DNA of 64,000 nucleotides from Nitrososphaeria archaeon (GCA_963760525.1 CAVXDT010000003.1:99638-163637), one strand, 5' to 3'. Shown: positions 47,122 through 57,411, numbered from the stretch's first letter. Translations and numbers: made by a program. Notes: generated from the letters alone by a model not told the origin.

Positions 47122-48279
47122 ATGCAATATAGGCGATTTGGAAGGCTTGACTGGAAGGTGTCCGCACTGGGATTCGGTGCGATGAGACTTCCTATAGTTG
47201 GAAATGATCGAAACAAGATCGATGAGACAGAAGCTATCAAGATGATTAGGTATGCGATAGACAATGGTGTTAACTACGTTGACACTGCCTACCCATACCA
47301 TGGAGGCAACAGTGAGACAGTTGTCGGGAAAGCCCTACAAGATGGCTACCGTGAAAAGGTGAAATTAGCCACCAAGATGCCAACTTGGCTTGTGAATTCG
47401 CAAGCAGACATGGACCGTTTTCTTGAAGAACAGCTCGCTAAACTTGAAACTGATAAAATAGACTTTTATCTGCTTCACAGTCTAAACGTAGATCGTTGGT
47501 CCAAGATGAAAGAGCTGAACGTGTTTGAATGGGCTGATCGAGCTCTTTCTTCCAGAAGAATCCAGCACGTGGGGTTCAGCTTCCACGATGATTACAAAGT
47601 ATTCAAGGATATAGTTGATGGATACGATAAGTGGACACTATGTCAGATCCAGTACAACTATGTTGATTCCGACGTTCAAGCTGGGACGAAAGGATTGAAG
47701 TATGCTGCATCAAAAGGTCTAGCGGTCGTGGTCATGGAACCGATTGCTGGAGGTATGATCGCCTTCAAACCTTCAAAGGACATGCGAGCCATATTGGATG
47801 AAGCTAAGACCAAGAGAACCCCCGCTGAATGGGCTCTGCAATGGGTGTGGAATCATCCTGAAGTATCCATAGCATTGAGCGGTATGAACACAATGGAACA
47901 AGTCATTGAGAATGTAGCTAGTGCTGGCCGTTCTGGCCCTAAGACACTTAACAAGAAAGAACTTGGTCTTGTTTCTAAACTGAAGAAACTATATCTTGAA
48001 TCTGGTTTCATCGCATGTAAAGACTGCAAGTATTGTCTGCCCTGTCCGAATGGAGTTGAAATTCCCAAGATCTTCTCATTCTACAACGAATATGGAAGAA
48101 GACGAGGAGATGCTAACGCAATGGAACAGGTCAAAACCAAGTATTCTGAGTCAATCCCAATAGAGAATAGAGCTAGCCAATGTGCGCAATGTGGTGAATG
48201 CGAAGAGAAATGCCCCCAACAGTTACCTATACGCGATTTGCTATCAAAAGTTGCGGTAAGCTTTGAGGCTAAGAAATAG
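47122..48279 (+). CDS. aldo/keto reductase fused to a C-terminal 4Fe-4S ferredoxin-like Cys-cluster domain
   Basis: AKR N-terminus MQYRRFGRLDWKVSALGFGAMRLP, DTAYPYHGGNSE and IDFYLLHS. C-terminal CKDCKYCLPCP and CAQCGECEEKCP clusters. Start set at ATG 47122 rather than 46984. Confidence 0.82.
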   Translation: MQYRRFGRLDWKVSALGFGAMRLPIVGNDRNKIDETEAIKMIRYAIDNGVNYVDTAYPYHGGNSETVVGKALQDGYREKVKLATKMPTWLVNSQADMDRFLEEQLAKLETDKIDFYLLHSLNVDRWSKMKELNVFEWADRALSSRRIQHVGFSFHDDYKVFKDIVDGYDKWTLCQIQYNYVDSDVQAGTKGLKYAASKGLAVVVMEPIAGGMIAFKPSKDMRAILDEAKTKRTPAEWALQWVWNHPEVSIALSGMNTMEQVIENVASAGRSGPKTLNKKELGLVSKLKKLYLESGFIACKDCKYCLPCPNGVEIPKIFSFYNEYGRRRGDANAMEQVKTKYSESIPIENRASQCAQCGECEEKCPQQLPIRDLLSKVAVSFEAKK

Positions 48280-48287
48280 ATAATATC

Positions 48288-48860
48288 GTGGTCGTCTTAA
48301 TTCTATGTAAGAGGTTAGGTGAACGTCATTTGTCAAGTTCAGATGAAAAAATGGTCCCATTAAAGGAAGCTGAGAATGAAGTGAAGGTTGTAGTTCAGAG
48401 ACTGGTTCTTCTCCATCTAGCATATGCTAGAACTTTAGTAGATCATTTTGGCTGGAAGAAAGGAAAACAACTAGTGTTGGATGCCATAAAAGAATATGGG
48501 AAGAGAGTGGCGGAAAGGACAAAGCAAGGTCATCAGAGTTTACCCAAGTACGGCTTCTACAAAAGCGAAGGAGGAAAGTCTCCAGTATGTGAATTCGGTA
48601 AGATCGTTCAGGAATACGATGAACTGGATATTGGCAGCCTATACTGTCTTATTGATCCTGCAAAGACGATACTCGCTGATCGTAAGAAAAAACTAGTTCA
48701 TAAGAAGTGTATGACAGTTGGTGATCAATATTGCGAATTCTCAACTGAAGCGACATCAAAAGAGGATAAAGAAAAGTTCTTCAGCAAAGGACAAGATTGG
48801 TCAAGTGTTGATCCAACCATACATAACTTCTACTTGAAAAAGGAGCGGCGAAAAAAATAA
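48288..48860 (+). CDS. L-2-amino-thiazoline-4-carboxylic acid hydrolase-like protein
   Basis: C-terminal Cys pattern CEFGKIV...LYCLIDPAKTILADRKKKLVHKKCMTVGDQYCEF resembles the ATC-hydrolase family. The start is uncertain. Confidence 0.45.
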   Translation: MVVLILCKRLGERHLSSSDEKMVPLKEAENEVKVVVQRLVLLHLAYARTLVDHFGWKKGKQLVLDAIKEYGKRVAERTKQGHQSLPKYGFYKSEGGKSPVCEFGKIVQEYDELDIGSLYCLIDPAKTILADRKKKLVHKKCMTVGDQYCEFSTEATSKEDKEKFFSKGQDWSSVDPTIHNFYLKKERRKK

Positions 48861-48932
48861 GCTGATACCCCCATACCTAGAAATAGTATTCATTAATGTT
48901 TCTCATTACCGATTGAATGTTGTTGATTGGGT

Positions 48933-49796
48933 CTAGCCTCTGTCTATTACGATTTCGTCTAGGTTCATTCTCGCAGATTTTATTGGCGCTTCAGCGGGCC
49001 AGCCTATGAATATATGGCATCGGCTCACGAAAGTTTCAGGAAGCCCAAAATGCTTTCTTACTTTTTGCCTTGTTTCCTCGCCGTGCGTAAGCCAGACTCC
49101 TCCTAACCCTAGGGCATGTGCCATGAGTAGCATGTGATCTGCTGCTGTAGCAGCGTCATAGTATATGTTCTGAGGAAAAATCTTCTCAAAACCTACTGCG
49201 TCATACACACGCATGTCTTGACAGACTAGGATCATCACGCCATGCTCTAGAGGTATATCGCTTTGGACAATTTTCCAATCTTCAGGTTTCCTTAGTATGA
49301 TAAATCTTGTTGACCCAACATTGCATCCTTGGGGGGCCATTAGTCCAGCATATAGGACCTTTCTTATCATCTCCTCTGGAACCTTTTTTTGGGAAAACTG
49401 TCTTATCGATCGTCTCCCATAAAGCAGCTTTTCAACTACTGTAATTTCTTCATGAGTGAAAGGTTTAGGTAACTCTGTATCAAGTTTGACCTTTTCTCCT
49501 GCGCGAAGTTTCTTAGCAAGATCTAAGTAGTTCAAAGACCATTTGATATCTGGTAAATCGGTCTGTAATCCTCTATTCTTCCATATGTTGATAAGGAACT
49601 CCACAGTATTTCCAAAGTCAGCTGGCACTTTCATCTTGCCTGCCATGATGCTGTAGATTAGCACTTCAATTGTATGATGCGTTCTCTCGTGAATTACCGT
49701 TCTGAGAACTACGGGGTCTGATTTCATGAAGTCTTCTTCTGTAAACCCAAATACCTTCTTAGGTTGGTTCAAAGATTCACCAGCATACACTATCAT
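48933..49796 (-). CDS. nitroreductase-family protein with about 120-aa N-terminal extension
   Basis: RRSIRQFSQKKVPEEMIRKVLYAGLMAPQGCN and HALGLGGVWL motifs. Confidence 0.8.
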   Translation of the reverse strand: MIVYAGESLNQPKKVFGFTEEDFMKSDPVVLRTVIHERTHHTIEVLIYSIMAGKMKVPADFGNTVEFLINIWKNRGLQTDLPDIKWSLNYLDLAKKLRAGEKVKLDTELPKPFTHEEITVVEKLLYGRRSIRQFSQKKVPEEMIRKVLYAGLMAPQGCNVGSTRFIILRKPEDWKIVQSDIPLEHGVMILVCQDMRVYDAVGFEKIFPQNIYYDAATAADHMLLMAHALGLGGVWLTHGEETRQKVRKHFGLPETFVSRCHIFIGWPAEAPIKSARMNLDEIVIDRG

Positions 49797-49916
49797 ATAC
49801 TCCTAATAAATCTATAAAATAATGGAGGATCTCACTTTTCCCCGCGGGCGTCTTGTATGCCACTTTTCTTATGTTCGTCCATAACATCAGTATAAGTAAT
49901 GTATGGCACCAGACAA

Positions 49917-50870
49917 TTACTTTTCCGAATTATTAGGATAATTTTTTTGAAGTTTTTCGAAAAAGTCCATTAATATCGAATCACATTTGGCATCATACGC
50001 GACCAGACAGGTGTGTCGGTCTGCTTCAGGATGAGCCCATGTCATATCTTGATTGATCTTGGGTGCTACCTGTCTTGTGGTGGGCACCCATTCAGGATTG
50101 ACTATGTAGGCAACCGGAGTAATGTCCCAAAGAGGCTTAGAGCGCATCTTCTTCCTTCTAATCCAATCGTGAAATATTTCAGCCAGATAATCTCCTATTA
50201 ACCCATGCCCCCTCACAAATTCATCTATCTCACAGGAGACTGTCCGAAGATGCTCAGCAACATTCTTGCATGGTACATGCACGAGAGGAACTCCTGAATC
50301 AAACAGTACCATCGCGCTCAAGGGATCGTTCTGCAGGTTAAACTCTTTGGGATTATTCCAGTATGTTGGCTGACTACCAAGCCATACGACGACAATCTTA
50401 TCTATAATGCTAGGCTCAAGCAGTATTGCTGAAGCGACGTTTGTCGCAGCGCCAATGGACACGACATGAAGTGGCTCTTTCACCTCGCGCTTGGCAAGCC
50501 TGATCAAGTTCCTTGCAGCATCGCTGTCAATAGGCTTATCTACGCTGCTAAGTATTGTCTTGGAACCTTTGAAGACAGGGATCTGGTCATCTAAGCCCAT
50601 TTTGTCCAAGACTGTTAGGATCTCCTGATAGCTTTCTTCCATTCCAATCTCAGGTGTCGGATAGCCTGCTTTTGTAAAGGGAGCTGCATGTATTGCTTCA
50701 ACCTGGAGTTCTCTCTTTGAAAGGAGAGCATATGTGATCGCGAACTGATCGTCTATTTCATTCTTCGTATCAGTGTCAAGGACTATCTTCAAAAGCCCAG
50801 AATTATCTTCAATTCCACTGGCCATAGTCTCAATATTCTGATTTCCTATCTTAAAAGCATACTGCGACAA
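49917..50870 (-). CDS. nucleoside hydrolase (inosine/uridine-preferring family)
   Basis: N-terminal Asp cluster VLDTDTKNEIDDQFAI. About 300 aa. ATG at 50825 is a likely alternative start. Confidence 0.8.
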   Translation of the reverse strand: MSQYAFKIGNQNIETMASGIEDNSGLLKIVLDTDTKNEIDDQFAITYALLSKRELQVEAIHAAPFTKAGYPTPEIGMEESYQEILTVLDKMGLDDQIPVFKGSKTILSSVDKPIDSDAARNLIRLAKREVKEPLHVVSIGAATNVASAILLEPSIIDKIVVVWLGSQPTYWNNPKEFNLQNDPLSAMVLFDSGVPLVHVPCKNVAEHLRTVSCEIDEFVRGHGLIGDYLAEIFHDWIRRKKMRSKPLWDITPVAYIVNPEWVPTTRQVAPKINQDMTWAHPEADRHTCLVAYDAKCDSILMDFFEKLQKNYPNNSEK

Positions 50871-51027
50871 AGGCTAATACAGGTTGTAAGCTGGTTCTGT
50901 TTCTGTATCGCGATTAAGATCCTCGCTGAACATTTAATCTAAAGAAGAAACTACTTTAGATTATGAGAAGATTAACATCTATTATATATACTTGATATTT
51001 AAATGTATAATGTAGGTATCTTGGAAA

Positions 51028-52575
51028 TTGACTGATGTAGTCTTAGTATTTGAAGTTCACCAACCTGTAAGGTTGAAGAAAGGATTTTTCTGGGACCGTA
51101 ACATGTTCCGTTACATTAGCAAGAAAGGCTTATATGATTTCTATTTCGATAGGACCAAGGACAGGGAGATTTTCGAGCGAGCTTGTAGAAAATGCTACTT
51201 GCCGTCTAACAATATCCTGCTTCAACTCATTGATGAATTTAAGGGGGAAAAGAAGAAGGTCAAGATATCCTTCAGTGTTTCTGGAGTCTTCCTTGAGCAG
51301 TGTGAAATGTACAGTCGAGACCTTTTGGACACGTTCAAACAACTGAGTGAGACAGGGTGTGTCGAATTTCTAGATCAGACTTACTACCACTCTCTGACTG
51401 GGTTGTATCCAGATAGAGGCGAATTCGTTGAGGAGGTTAAAATGCATAGACAGGCGATGAAAGACCTGTTTAACTTTGTGCCGCTAAACTTTGAGAATAC
51501 GGAGCTTCTATATAATAATGCCATAGCAAAGGTCGTAGAAGAGCTAGGCTATATTGGGATATTTAGTGAGGGTGTTGAGAGAATTCTGAAGGGGAAGCTG
51601 CCTAACTATCTATATAAGGCAAAAGGTTGCGAGAAGATCAGGATTCTCTTAAGGAATTATAGGCTAACAGACGACATAGGATTTAGGTTCTCCAATAGAA
51701 GTTGGAACGAATGGCCTTTGACAGCTGACAAATATGCTTCTTGGCTTGCGTCAACTCCGGGCCAGTACATCAATATTTTCCCAGACTACGAGACATTTGG
51801 GGAACATCATTGGCCAGAAACTGGGATACATGATTTCCTAAAGCAACTGCCTAGGCAAATTCTCAAGTACGACAACCTCGAGATGGCAACGCCTTCAGAG
51901 GTAGTCTCAAAGTATGATACATTCGGGGTGATTGATGTACCTGAATTGGGTGAGACAGTGTCTTGGGCTGACATCAAAAGGGATACAAGCGGCTGGTTGG
52001 GAAATACGATGCAGTGGGCATACTACACAACAACAAAGGAACTTGAGCCCCTTGTACGGGAGTCCAAAGATAACGAGTTACTAAGTATATGGAGGTATCT
52101 TCTTACAAGCGATCACCTCTACTACATGTTCACAGCTGGCGGTGCACCAGGCGAGGTCCACAACTACTTCGCCCCTTACGATTCCCCAATTGACGCTTTC
52201 GTGACCGCTCAAGGTGCCATCTCAGACTTTGAGTTCAGGCTCAGATTATGTGTTGTCGCGGCGAACGAGCCGTTCCTTTTCTACACGAGCTCAAAAGAGG
52301 AAAGCTTCACTGGAATAAAAGCTTGGAGCCTTAAAGGCTTGATTGATGTCCTCCAAAAAGCTAACATAAAATCAATCGAGTTCCATAATAAAAGAGGTGA
52401 TTTCGAAAAATGGGCACGTCTATCATTATACGATGAAGAGTTAGCTATTAAGTTCAGAGAGGTTCAAGCTTCAGAGGTTAAAGAAGAAGAACTTAGAACA
52501 GACTTGTTTGAAACTGCAAACACGCACTTCACGGAGCTCAGAAAAATGATTGTAACTGGAACGCGGTATTTCTAG
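51028..52575 (+). CDS. glycoside hydrolase family 57 protein (alpha-amylase/branching-enzyme-like)
   Basis: N-terminal VLVFEVHQPVRL and FPDYETFGEHHWPE patterns. TTG start with an A/T-rich TATA-like stretch about 28 nt upstream. Confidence 0.72.
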   Translation: MTDVVLVFEVHQPVRLKKGFFWDRNMFRYISKKGLYDFYFDRTKDREIFERACRKCYLPSNNILLQLIDEFKGEKKKVKISFSVSGVFLEQCEMYSRDLLDTFKQLSETGCVEFLDQTYYHSLTGLYPDRGEFVEEVKMHRQAMKDLFNFVPLNFENTELLYNNAIAKVVEELGYIGIFSEGVERILKGKLPNYLYKAKGCEKIRILLRNYRLTDDIGFRFSNRSWNEWPLTADKYASWLASTPGQYINIFPDYETFGEHHWPETGIHDFLKQLPRQILKYDNLEMATPSEVVSKYDTFGVIDVPELGETVSWADIKRDTSGWLGNTMQWAYYTTTKELEPLVRESKDNELLSIWRYLLTSDHLYYMFTAGGAPGEVHNYFAPYDSPIDAFVTAQGAISDFEFRLRLCVVAANEPFLFYTSSKEESFTGIKAWSLKGLIDVLQKANIKSIEFHNKRGDFEKWARLSLYDEELAIKFREVQASEVKEEELRTDLFETANTHFTELRKMIVTGTRYF

Positions 52576-52841
52576 CTTGTTGGCACTTCTCTGTTTAATC
52601 AAAAAGATATCTTCTTCCTGCTTTCGCTGTTGGCTTTGTGATTATTTTTCCACAATTGATATTTGAAGGATCATTTGCATGGTGGTTTTTGTTGGTAGGT
52701 CTATTGGGTCTTCTAATATTATCTAAAACGAGAACCAACTTGAAGGCATCGTTTGCTGATGTTTTAGGCAAAAGGCATTTTCTAACAGCGACATTTCTTT
52801 TTATAACTATATTCATAATCGCAATTACTGGAGTTCTACCC

Positions 52842-53336
52842 TTACCTCTTTGTTTCGTCCAAGTACGCAGTGTAGCTTGTGTATGGAGGTGTTGTGTTAA
52901 TCTGCCACATTAAGCATAGGATTTCACCTCTGTGGTGTATCTCCTCCTCCACAATATGCACTAGTATATCTTCTACGCGGGCCACCTTCGTGGTTCCATC
53001 TCTGCTTGGCCAAGAGAGTATTTTGTCGAAATCTTCTGGTTTGAGTTTCGATAGGTAGGCTTGACTTTCTGCTTCAACTTCTTTCATGAACTTTCTCATA
53101 GATTTTATGTCTCCCATGTCCTGATCATAGATATGGCCCTTAGCCCATTCCCCTGTAGAGAGTCGCCTAATCCACCTTTGCTCAGCCTCAAGGCTGTGGA
53201 CGAAAATATTCCGCATTGAGTTGAAGCTCGCCTCCCGGTTCTCAACCAGCTTCTCCCAAGGAAGCATTGCCATAGTATCAAGAAACTTGCCTCTACAATA
53301 CCAATTGTATTCAAAAAGTGCTTTAATGTCTACCAT
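52842..53336 (-). CDS. DinB-family protein
   Basis: His triad contexts NIFVHSLEAEQRW and ILVHIVEEEIHHRGEI. Confidence 0.75.
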   Translation of the reverse strand: MVDIKALFEYNWYCRGKFLDTMAMLPWEKLVENREASFNSMRNIFVHSLEAEQRWIRRLSTGEWAKGHIYDQDMGDIKSMRKFMKEVEAESQAYLSKLKPEDFDKILSWPSRDGTTKVARVEDILVHIVEEEIHHRGEILCLMWQINTTPPYTSYTAYLDETKR

Positions 53337-53578
53337 ATATCGTAACCTGCAATATTCAAGGTTGTATAATAAAGGCTATTATACATTACTTTATGTAAAC
53401 AATATGGATTAAGAAAACAAGATTACAACTCTGTCTTTTATGTTTAGTATCCCTTAACAAATAGAAATCATAAAAAGAATAATATGTTGAAGATGAGATG
53501 AAGTACGCTGTTATTTAGCATATGAGAAATCAATTTTTCTCTCAAACTTTATAAGGACTGCTAAAATAGCCCTTCCCA

Positions 53579-54742
53579 ATGTCATCAATCAGGGGACCCT
53601 TTCTAATAGGGATAGTCATATTAGTTGTTGTTTTAGTTGCTGGTAGTAGTTTTGCTTTGGGACAGACATTTGGAGGTAAGACAACTACTTTCACGAGTAA
53701 AGTTACGGAGACTTCGACTACGACAGCGACAGTGGGAAATCCTACGGAAACAATTACTTCAACTGCATCGACGACAATAACAACAACCTTATCCTCCCAG
53801 ACTGGAACATATACCTCAACTGCCACCATTACTCAAATCCTTAATGAGGTCAATGTCTCGGCAATTTTCCTGAAAGCTTATTCGAGTGTTTTCCAAGTTA
53901 ACATCTACGACAGTAACTTTAATCAGTTGGGTTTAGGATCTGGTTTTCTATACGATTCCAATAATCATATTGTAACGAATTATCATGTTGTGGAAGGCGC
54001 AACATACTTTGAAATCCAAACTTACGATGGTCAATGGATAGAAGCGACTTTAAAGGGGGGAGACCCTTATGCAGACTTAGCTGTTTTGGAAGCAAATACG
54101 CCCTTGGCAGTCAAACCCTTGAAGCTAGCTTCCAAAGTGAAGATTGGCGAACGTGCTTTCGCTATAGGAAGCCCCTTTGGACTTGTGGGAAGCATTACAG
54201 CTGGAATAGTAAGCCAAGTTAACCGCACTGGGATAACCGTTGTACCCATGCTGCAGACAGATGCTGCAATAAATCCAGGTAATTCGGGTGGACCACTGTT
54301 AAATGATGCAGGTGAAGTATTAGGTGTGAATACTGCCGGAATTTCTGCAAATATGTCTGAATCGATTGGTTTCGCTATCCCCTACGGTATGATAGAAAGA
54401 GTTATTCCAAAACTAATCGAATCAGGCGAGTATAAGCACCCATTCATAGGAATTGGAGGGGAATACTTAGACCCAGTTTCAGCAGCATATTACAATCTGC
54501 CCAGCTCTTTAACATCAGGTTATATCATAACAGATATAATTAGTGGCACAGCTGCATCAAGAAGTACTCTTAAGGTTGGAGATGTAGTCATTAAAATGGA
54601 TAACTACAACATACGTAAGGATCCAGATATCAATTACCTAATGACGTACGTGTACTCACCGAATGATAGTGTGACTTTTACTGTTATCAGAAACAAGAAT
54701 CAAGTTCAAATTCAGTTGACACTTGGAGTCAGAGGGGGATAG
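53579..54742 (+). CDS. htrA: HtrA/DegP-type serine protease with PDZ domain, membrane-anchored, Thr-rich stalk
   Basis: Catalytic His in IVTNYHVV, Asp in DLAVLE, Ser in GNSGGPLL. C-terminal PDZ-like LKVGDVVIKMDN. N-terminal TM and a T-rich linker. Confidence 0.88.
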   Translation: MSSIRGPFLIGIVILVVVLVAGSSFALGQTFGGKTTTFTSKVTETSTTTATVGNPTETITSTASTTITTTLSSQTGTYTSTATITQILNEVNVSAIFLKAYSSVFQVNIYDSNFNQLGLGSGFLYDSNNHIVTNYHVVEGATYFEIQTYDGQWIEATLKGGDPYADLAVLEANTPLAVKPLKLASKVKIGERAFAIGSPFGLVGSITAGIVSQVNRTGITVVPMLQTDAAINPGNSGGPLLNDAGEVLGVNTAGISANMSESIGFAIPYGMIERVIPKLIESGEYKHPFIGIGGEYLDPVSAAYYNLPSSLTSGYIITDIISGTAASRSTLKVGDVVIKMDNYNIRKDPDINYLMTYVYSPNDSVTFTVIRNKNQVQIQLTLGVRGG

Positions 54743-54911
54743 TCAGACTAGCTTTGGACTATTCCAAGATTCACACCTTTCAGTTAAACCTACTAGATCC
54801 ATGCCCTTGATGCAATTGTAGCTGACTCGAATAAGAGATAGAGCTAAAAGATAATGATTTCTGAGGCAAAAATCTTATAACGAGCCACTTTTTTCCTTAA
54901 CTCTAGGAAAT

Positions 54912-54986
54912 GGGTCCATAGCTCAGCATGGCTAGAGCGTTCGGCTGATAACCGAAAGGTCGCCAGTTCAAATCCGGCTGGACCCA
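54912..54986 (+). tRNA. tRNA-Ile (anticodon GAU)
   Basis: Hand fold. Acceptor GGGTCCA/TGGACCC plus A. D arm GCTC-AGCATGGCTA-GAGC. Anticodon stem TTCGG/CCGAA with loop CTGATAA. T arm GCCAG-TTCAAAT-CCGGC has one A-C mismatch. Confidence 0.85.
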
Positions 54987-55069
54987 CTTAATTTTCTAAG
55001 TGAATACCCTTTTATAGGTGTTGCATTATAAAGAGATATTCGACGAACAAACATGTTTTAACCTCAGAA

Positions 55070-55429
55070 ATGGTGGAGGACATGAGGAAATCCTACAAAG
55101 CATGTGAGCTTCAGTTGACAACTATTAATCAAGCCATGGAACAGGCAAGTGTCATAAAGGAAGCTAAAATCGAAGCCCTAAAGAGCGTAGCGAAAACACT
55201 GTTCGGAATAGACCTCATGGAAGTCAAAATAGCGAAGGAAAAGGAGTTTGGGAAGGAGTTGGAAAAGGATGAAGAAATACAGCTGTTCGAAGAAGAGTTG
55301 AAGAAGCGGAGAAAAAACGCTGATCCACAAAAACTAGTTAGCGAAAACGAGCTTGAAAGATATCTAGTAGAAGGATGGCAGTTCGTTTCAGTCTTGCCTT
55401 CACAAAAGATATTGATAAGGAAAGATTAA
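55070..55429 (+). CDS. hypothetical coiled-coil protein with C-terminal GW-containing mini-domain (DUF4177-like?)
   Basis: Glu/Lys-rich helical body. The C-terminus ELERYLVEGWQFVSVLPSQKILIRK resembles the eGWElv motif of DUF4177-type domains. Confidence 0.4.
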   Translation: MVEDMRKSYKACELQLTTINQAMEQASVIKEAKIEALKSVAKTLFGIDLMEVKIAKEKEFGKELEKDEEIQLFEEELKKRRKNADPQKLVSENELERYLVEGWQFVSVLPSQKILIRKD

Positions 55430-56619
55430 TCTGTCAAACCTAGCAAGTTTTCAGTCGCGTAGACAATTCTTTGCCACAAGAAGAGCAGAATCAGGGGTTT
55501 GGATCGATTGCTTTCCCAAAGTTAGGGTAGAAACGAAGATTCGTACGACTCCTATTCTGAATCACGCATAAGTTCTTCAAGAGTGTCAGCGAGAGACATA
55601 TGAATGTGTTGAGATAGAAAATATGGGATTTGAACCTACATAGACGTTAATCCCACCGTGTTGGTGACTATAGCGGTCTATAAGCTACGATTTTATCAGG
55701 AATAAGAGTCTATTCTAGAATGATAATGAAAAGTAGAATGTTAGTTTGATAGACTGTGATACTCCCACTTTTGGAGTTATATGCAATTCATACTATAGAA
55801 TTTCTCATCATATCCACAATAATACTCGCCATACTAATACTTCCTATCTTGCATATCTAATCCCTTTGATCCTTTTCACGCGCGCGCACCTGTTGGCGGT
55901 ACACTCGTTCAAGCGAACAGACTTGACTTACTTATGCCAAGTATAGGGTTGGTATTCGTCGCTGGAGCTATGATAAAACTGGGGTCAAAGAGAAAAGAGA
56001 AATCTTAGGCTTCGCTTCCCCTTCCCTTATTTTAAGTAGTAGTGAAAAGCTTAAAGGAAAGTTTTACTTTTCCTAATCGTAGGAAATGGTTAGCCAACTC
56101 GTTAGAAGGACAGTATCTGTCGGGGTAATAGTCATAATCTTGGTCACAGTTTTCTTCCTAGGTAAGTAAATAGTTTCCATTATGTCCAATTACTGTTGGA
56201 TCAAATGATAGATCTTGATTATGCAGTAAAGAAACTTAACAAGAGTAAGAAGTATGAAGTAGGCTAAAGTGAACCTAACGTGAAGGTTAAAGCTTGGATT
56301 ACTATGAGCATTTTGTCTACTGGCGAAGGCAGGAAACCGTTAGGAATCTTAATCCAACAGCGCGCTCTCTCCTATTGTTCTGAATATTCAAACTTCACCA
56401 TACAGTCTTATGGGACATTCGTCTTCTCTCCCTCTTCAACGAAGCTTACATAGCCATAGAGAATGCCAAAAAATATTAAGAATATGGGTGAAGGGTTCTG
56501 TTAACTTTGTTGCAGGGTCAAGGTAAAGGAACCTTACTAAAAGTCTAGAGTTCCAATATAGGGTTTTTAATAGTTGCAGTCCTGTTTTATTGTTTCGCTA
56601 TTAAACATTTAAATTCTGC

Positions 56620-57411
56620 ATGTTTCAGCTCAAATATGTAATGGCATCAAAAAGAGTGTTAGCCTTTGCAATCGTCATCCTAGTGATACTGGCCATCATG
56701 GGGTATTCTATGTTATCCTCTTACGAAGCTGTAGAGTCGTTAGCAGTAACGGATATTAAGCTTACAAACATTTTTGTTCATCCGAACGATTTCAATCTAT
56801 CCTTCGTGTTTCAACTTCATAATCCTACAGGATATAAAATGATTTTAAAAGATGTACAATATACCATATATGTCGAATCTTACCCTATTACATCAGGTGT
56901 AAAACCTTCGTTAACTGTACAACCTAACAGTGATGCGTCGGTTGAGGTTAACTTTAAGGTGATAAATTGTGGTTGTAACAGTTCATATGGGTATGTAATT
57001 AATGCAATAGAAAACGGTTCATCCAGCACGAGTGTCCAGCTTTCAGGAAATATGCAGGTGACATTATTTAACACAGTTGAGGTTCCACTTTCTTTAAAAT
57101 TTAGCACAGTAAAAAATGAAATATTAGAGTTCGTAACAAGACCTCCGGTTACTATAAATGCTTACTGGCTAAATACAAATATTACACTCGGTGAATCGGT
57201 TACATTCCTAGCAAAAGCAGCAAACAGCAACTTCACTGCAAAGATATGGAAAGAAAATTCTCCAGATAAGCTAGTTATCCAATATCAAGGCTATGGGTTT
57301 CTATCACAAAATTTCACACCCACTGAGCGAGGGATATACTATCTTAGAGTTACCCTTCCTGATGGAAACGAATTTGTGCAACAAGAAAATTTTAGACTCA
57401 ATGTAACTTAG
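56620..57411 (+). CDS. membrane-anchored LEA_2/WHy (LEA14-like) domain protein
   Basis: N-terminal TM (VLAFAIVILVILAIMGY). Then FVFQLHNPTGYKMILKDVQYTIYVESYPITSG...VQPNSDASVEVNFKV, typical of LEA_2. A second beta-rich domain follows. Confidence 0.55.
   Translation: MFQLKYVMASKRVLAFAIVILVILAIMGYSMLSSYEAVESLAVTDIKLTNIFVHPNDFNLSFVFQLHNPTGYKMILKDVQYTIYVESYPITSGVKPSLTVQPNSDASVEVNFKVINCGCNSSYGYVINAIENGSSSTSVQLSGNMQVTLFNTVEVPLSLKFSTVKNEILEFVTRPPVTINAYWLNTNITLGESVTFLAKAANSNFTAKIWKENSPDKLVIQYQGYGFLSQNFTPTERGIYYLRVTLPDGNEFVQQENFRLNVT

Noticed and set aside
52638-52913. 91-aa hydrophobic ORF between the GH57 and DinB genes. The antisense 52595-52816 ORF was also considered.
   Set aside because: It overlaps the 3' end of the well-supported DinB gene by about 70 nt, and its C-terminus is Cys/Val-rich nonsense. 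A shorter membrane peptide cannot be excluded but is unsupported.
55621-55705. Minus-strand tRNA-like segment. GGTTCAAATCCC T-loop motif, a possible TAGC/GCTA D stem, and an AT-rich acceptor pairing 6 of 7.
   Set aside because: No acceptable anticodon stem-loop could be folded. The T stem has a mismatch and a G-U pair. The acceptor is AT-rich, unlike the three bona fide tRNAs here. At best it is a tRNA relic, so it is mentioned only as context for the tRNA-Ile-adjacent region.
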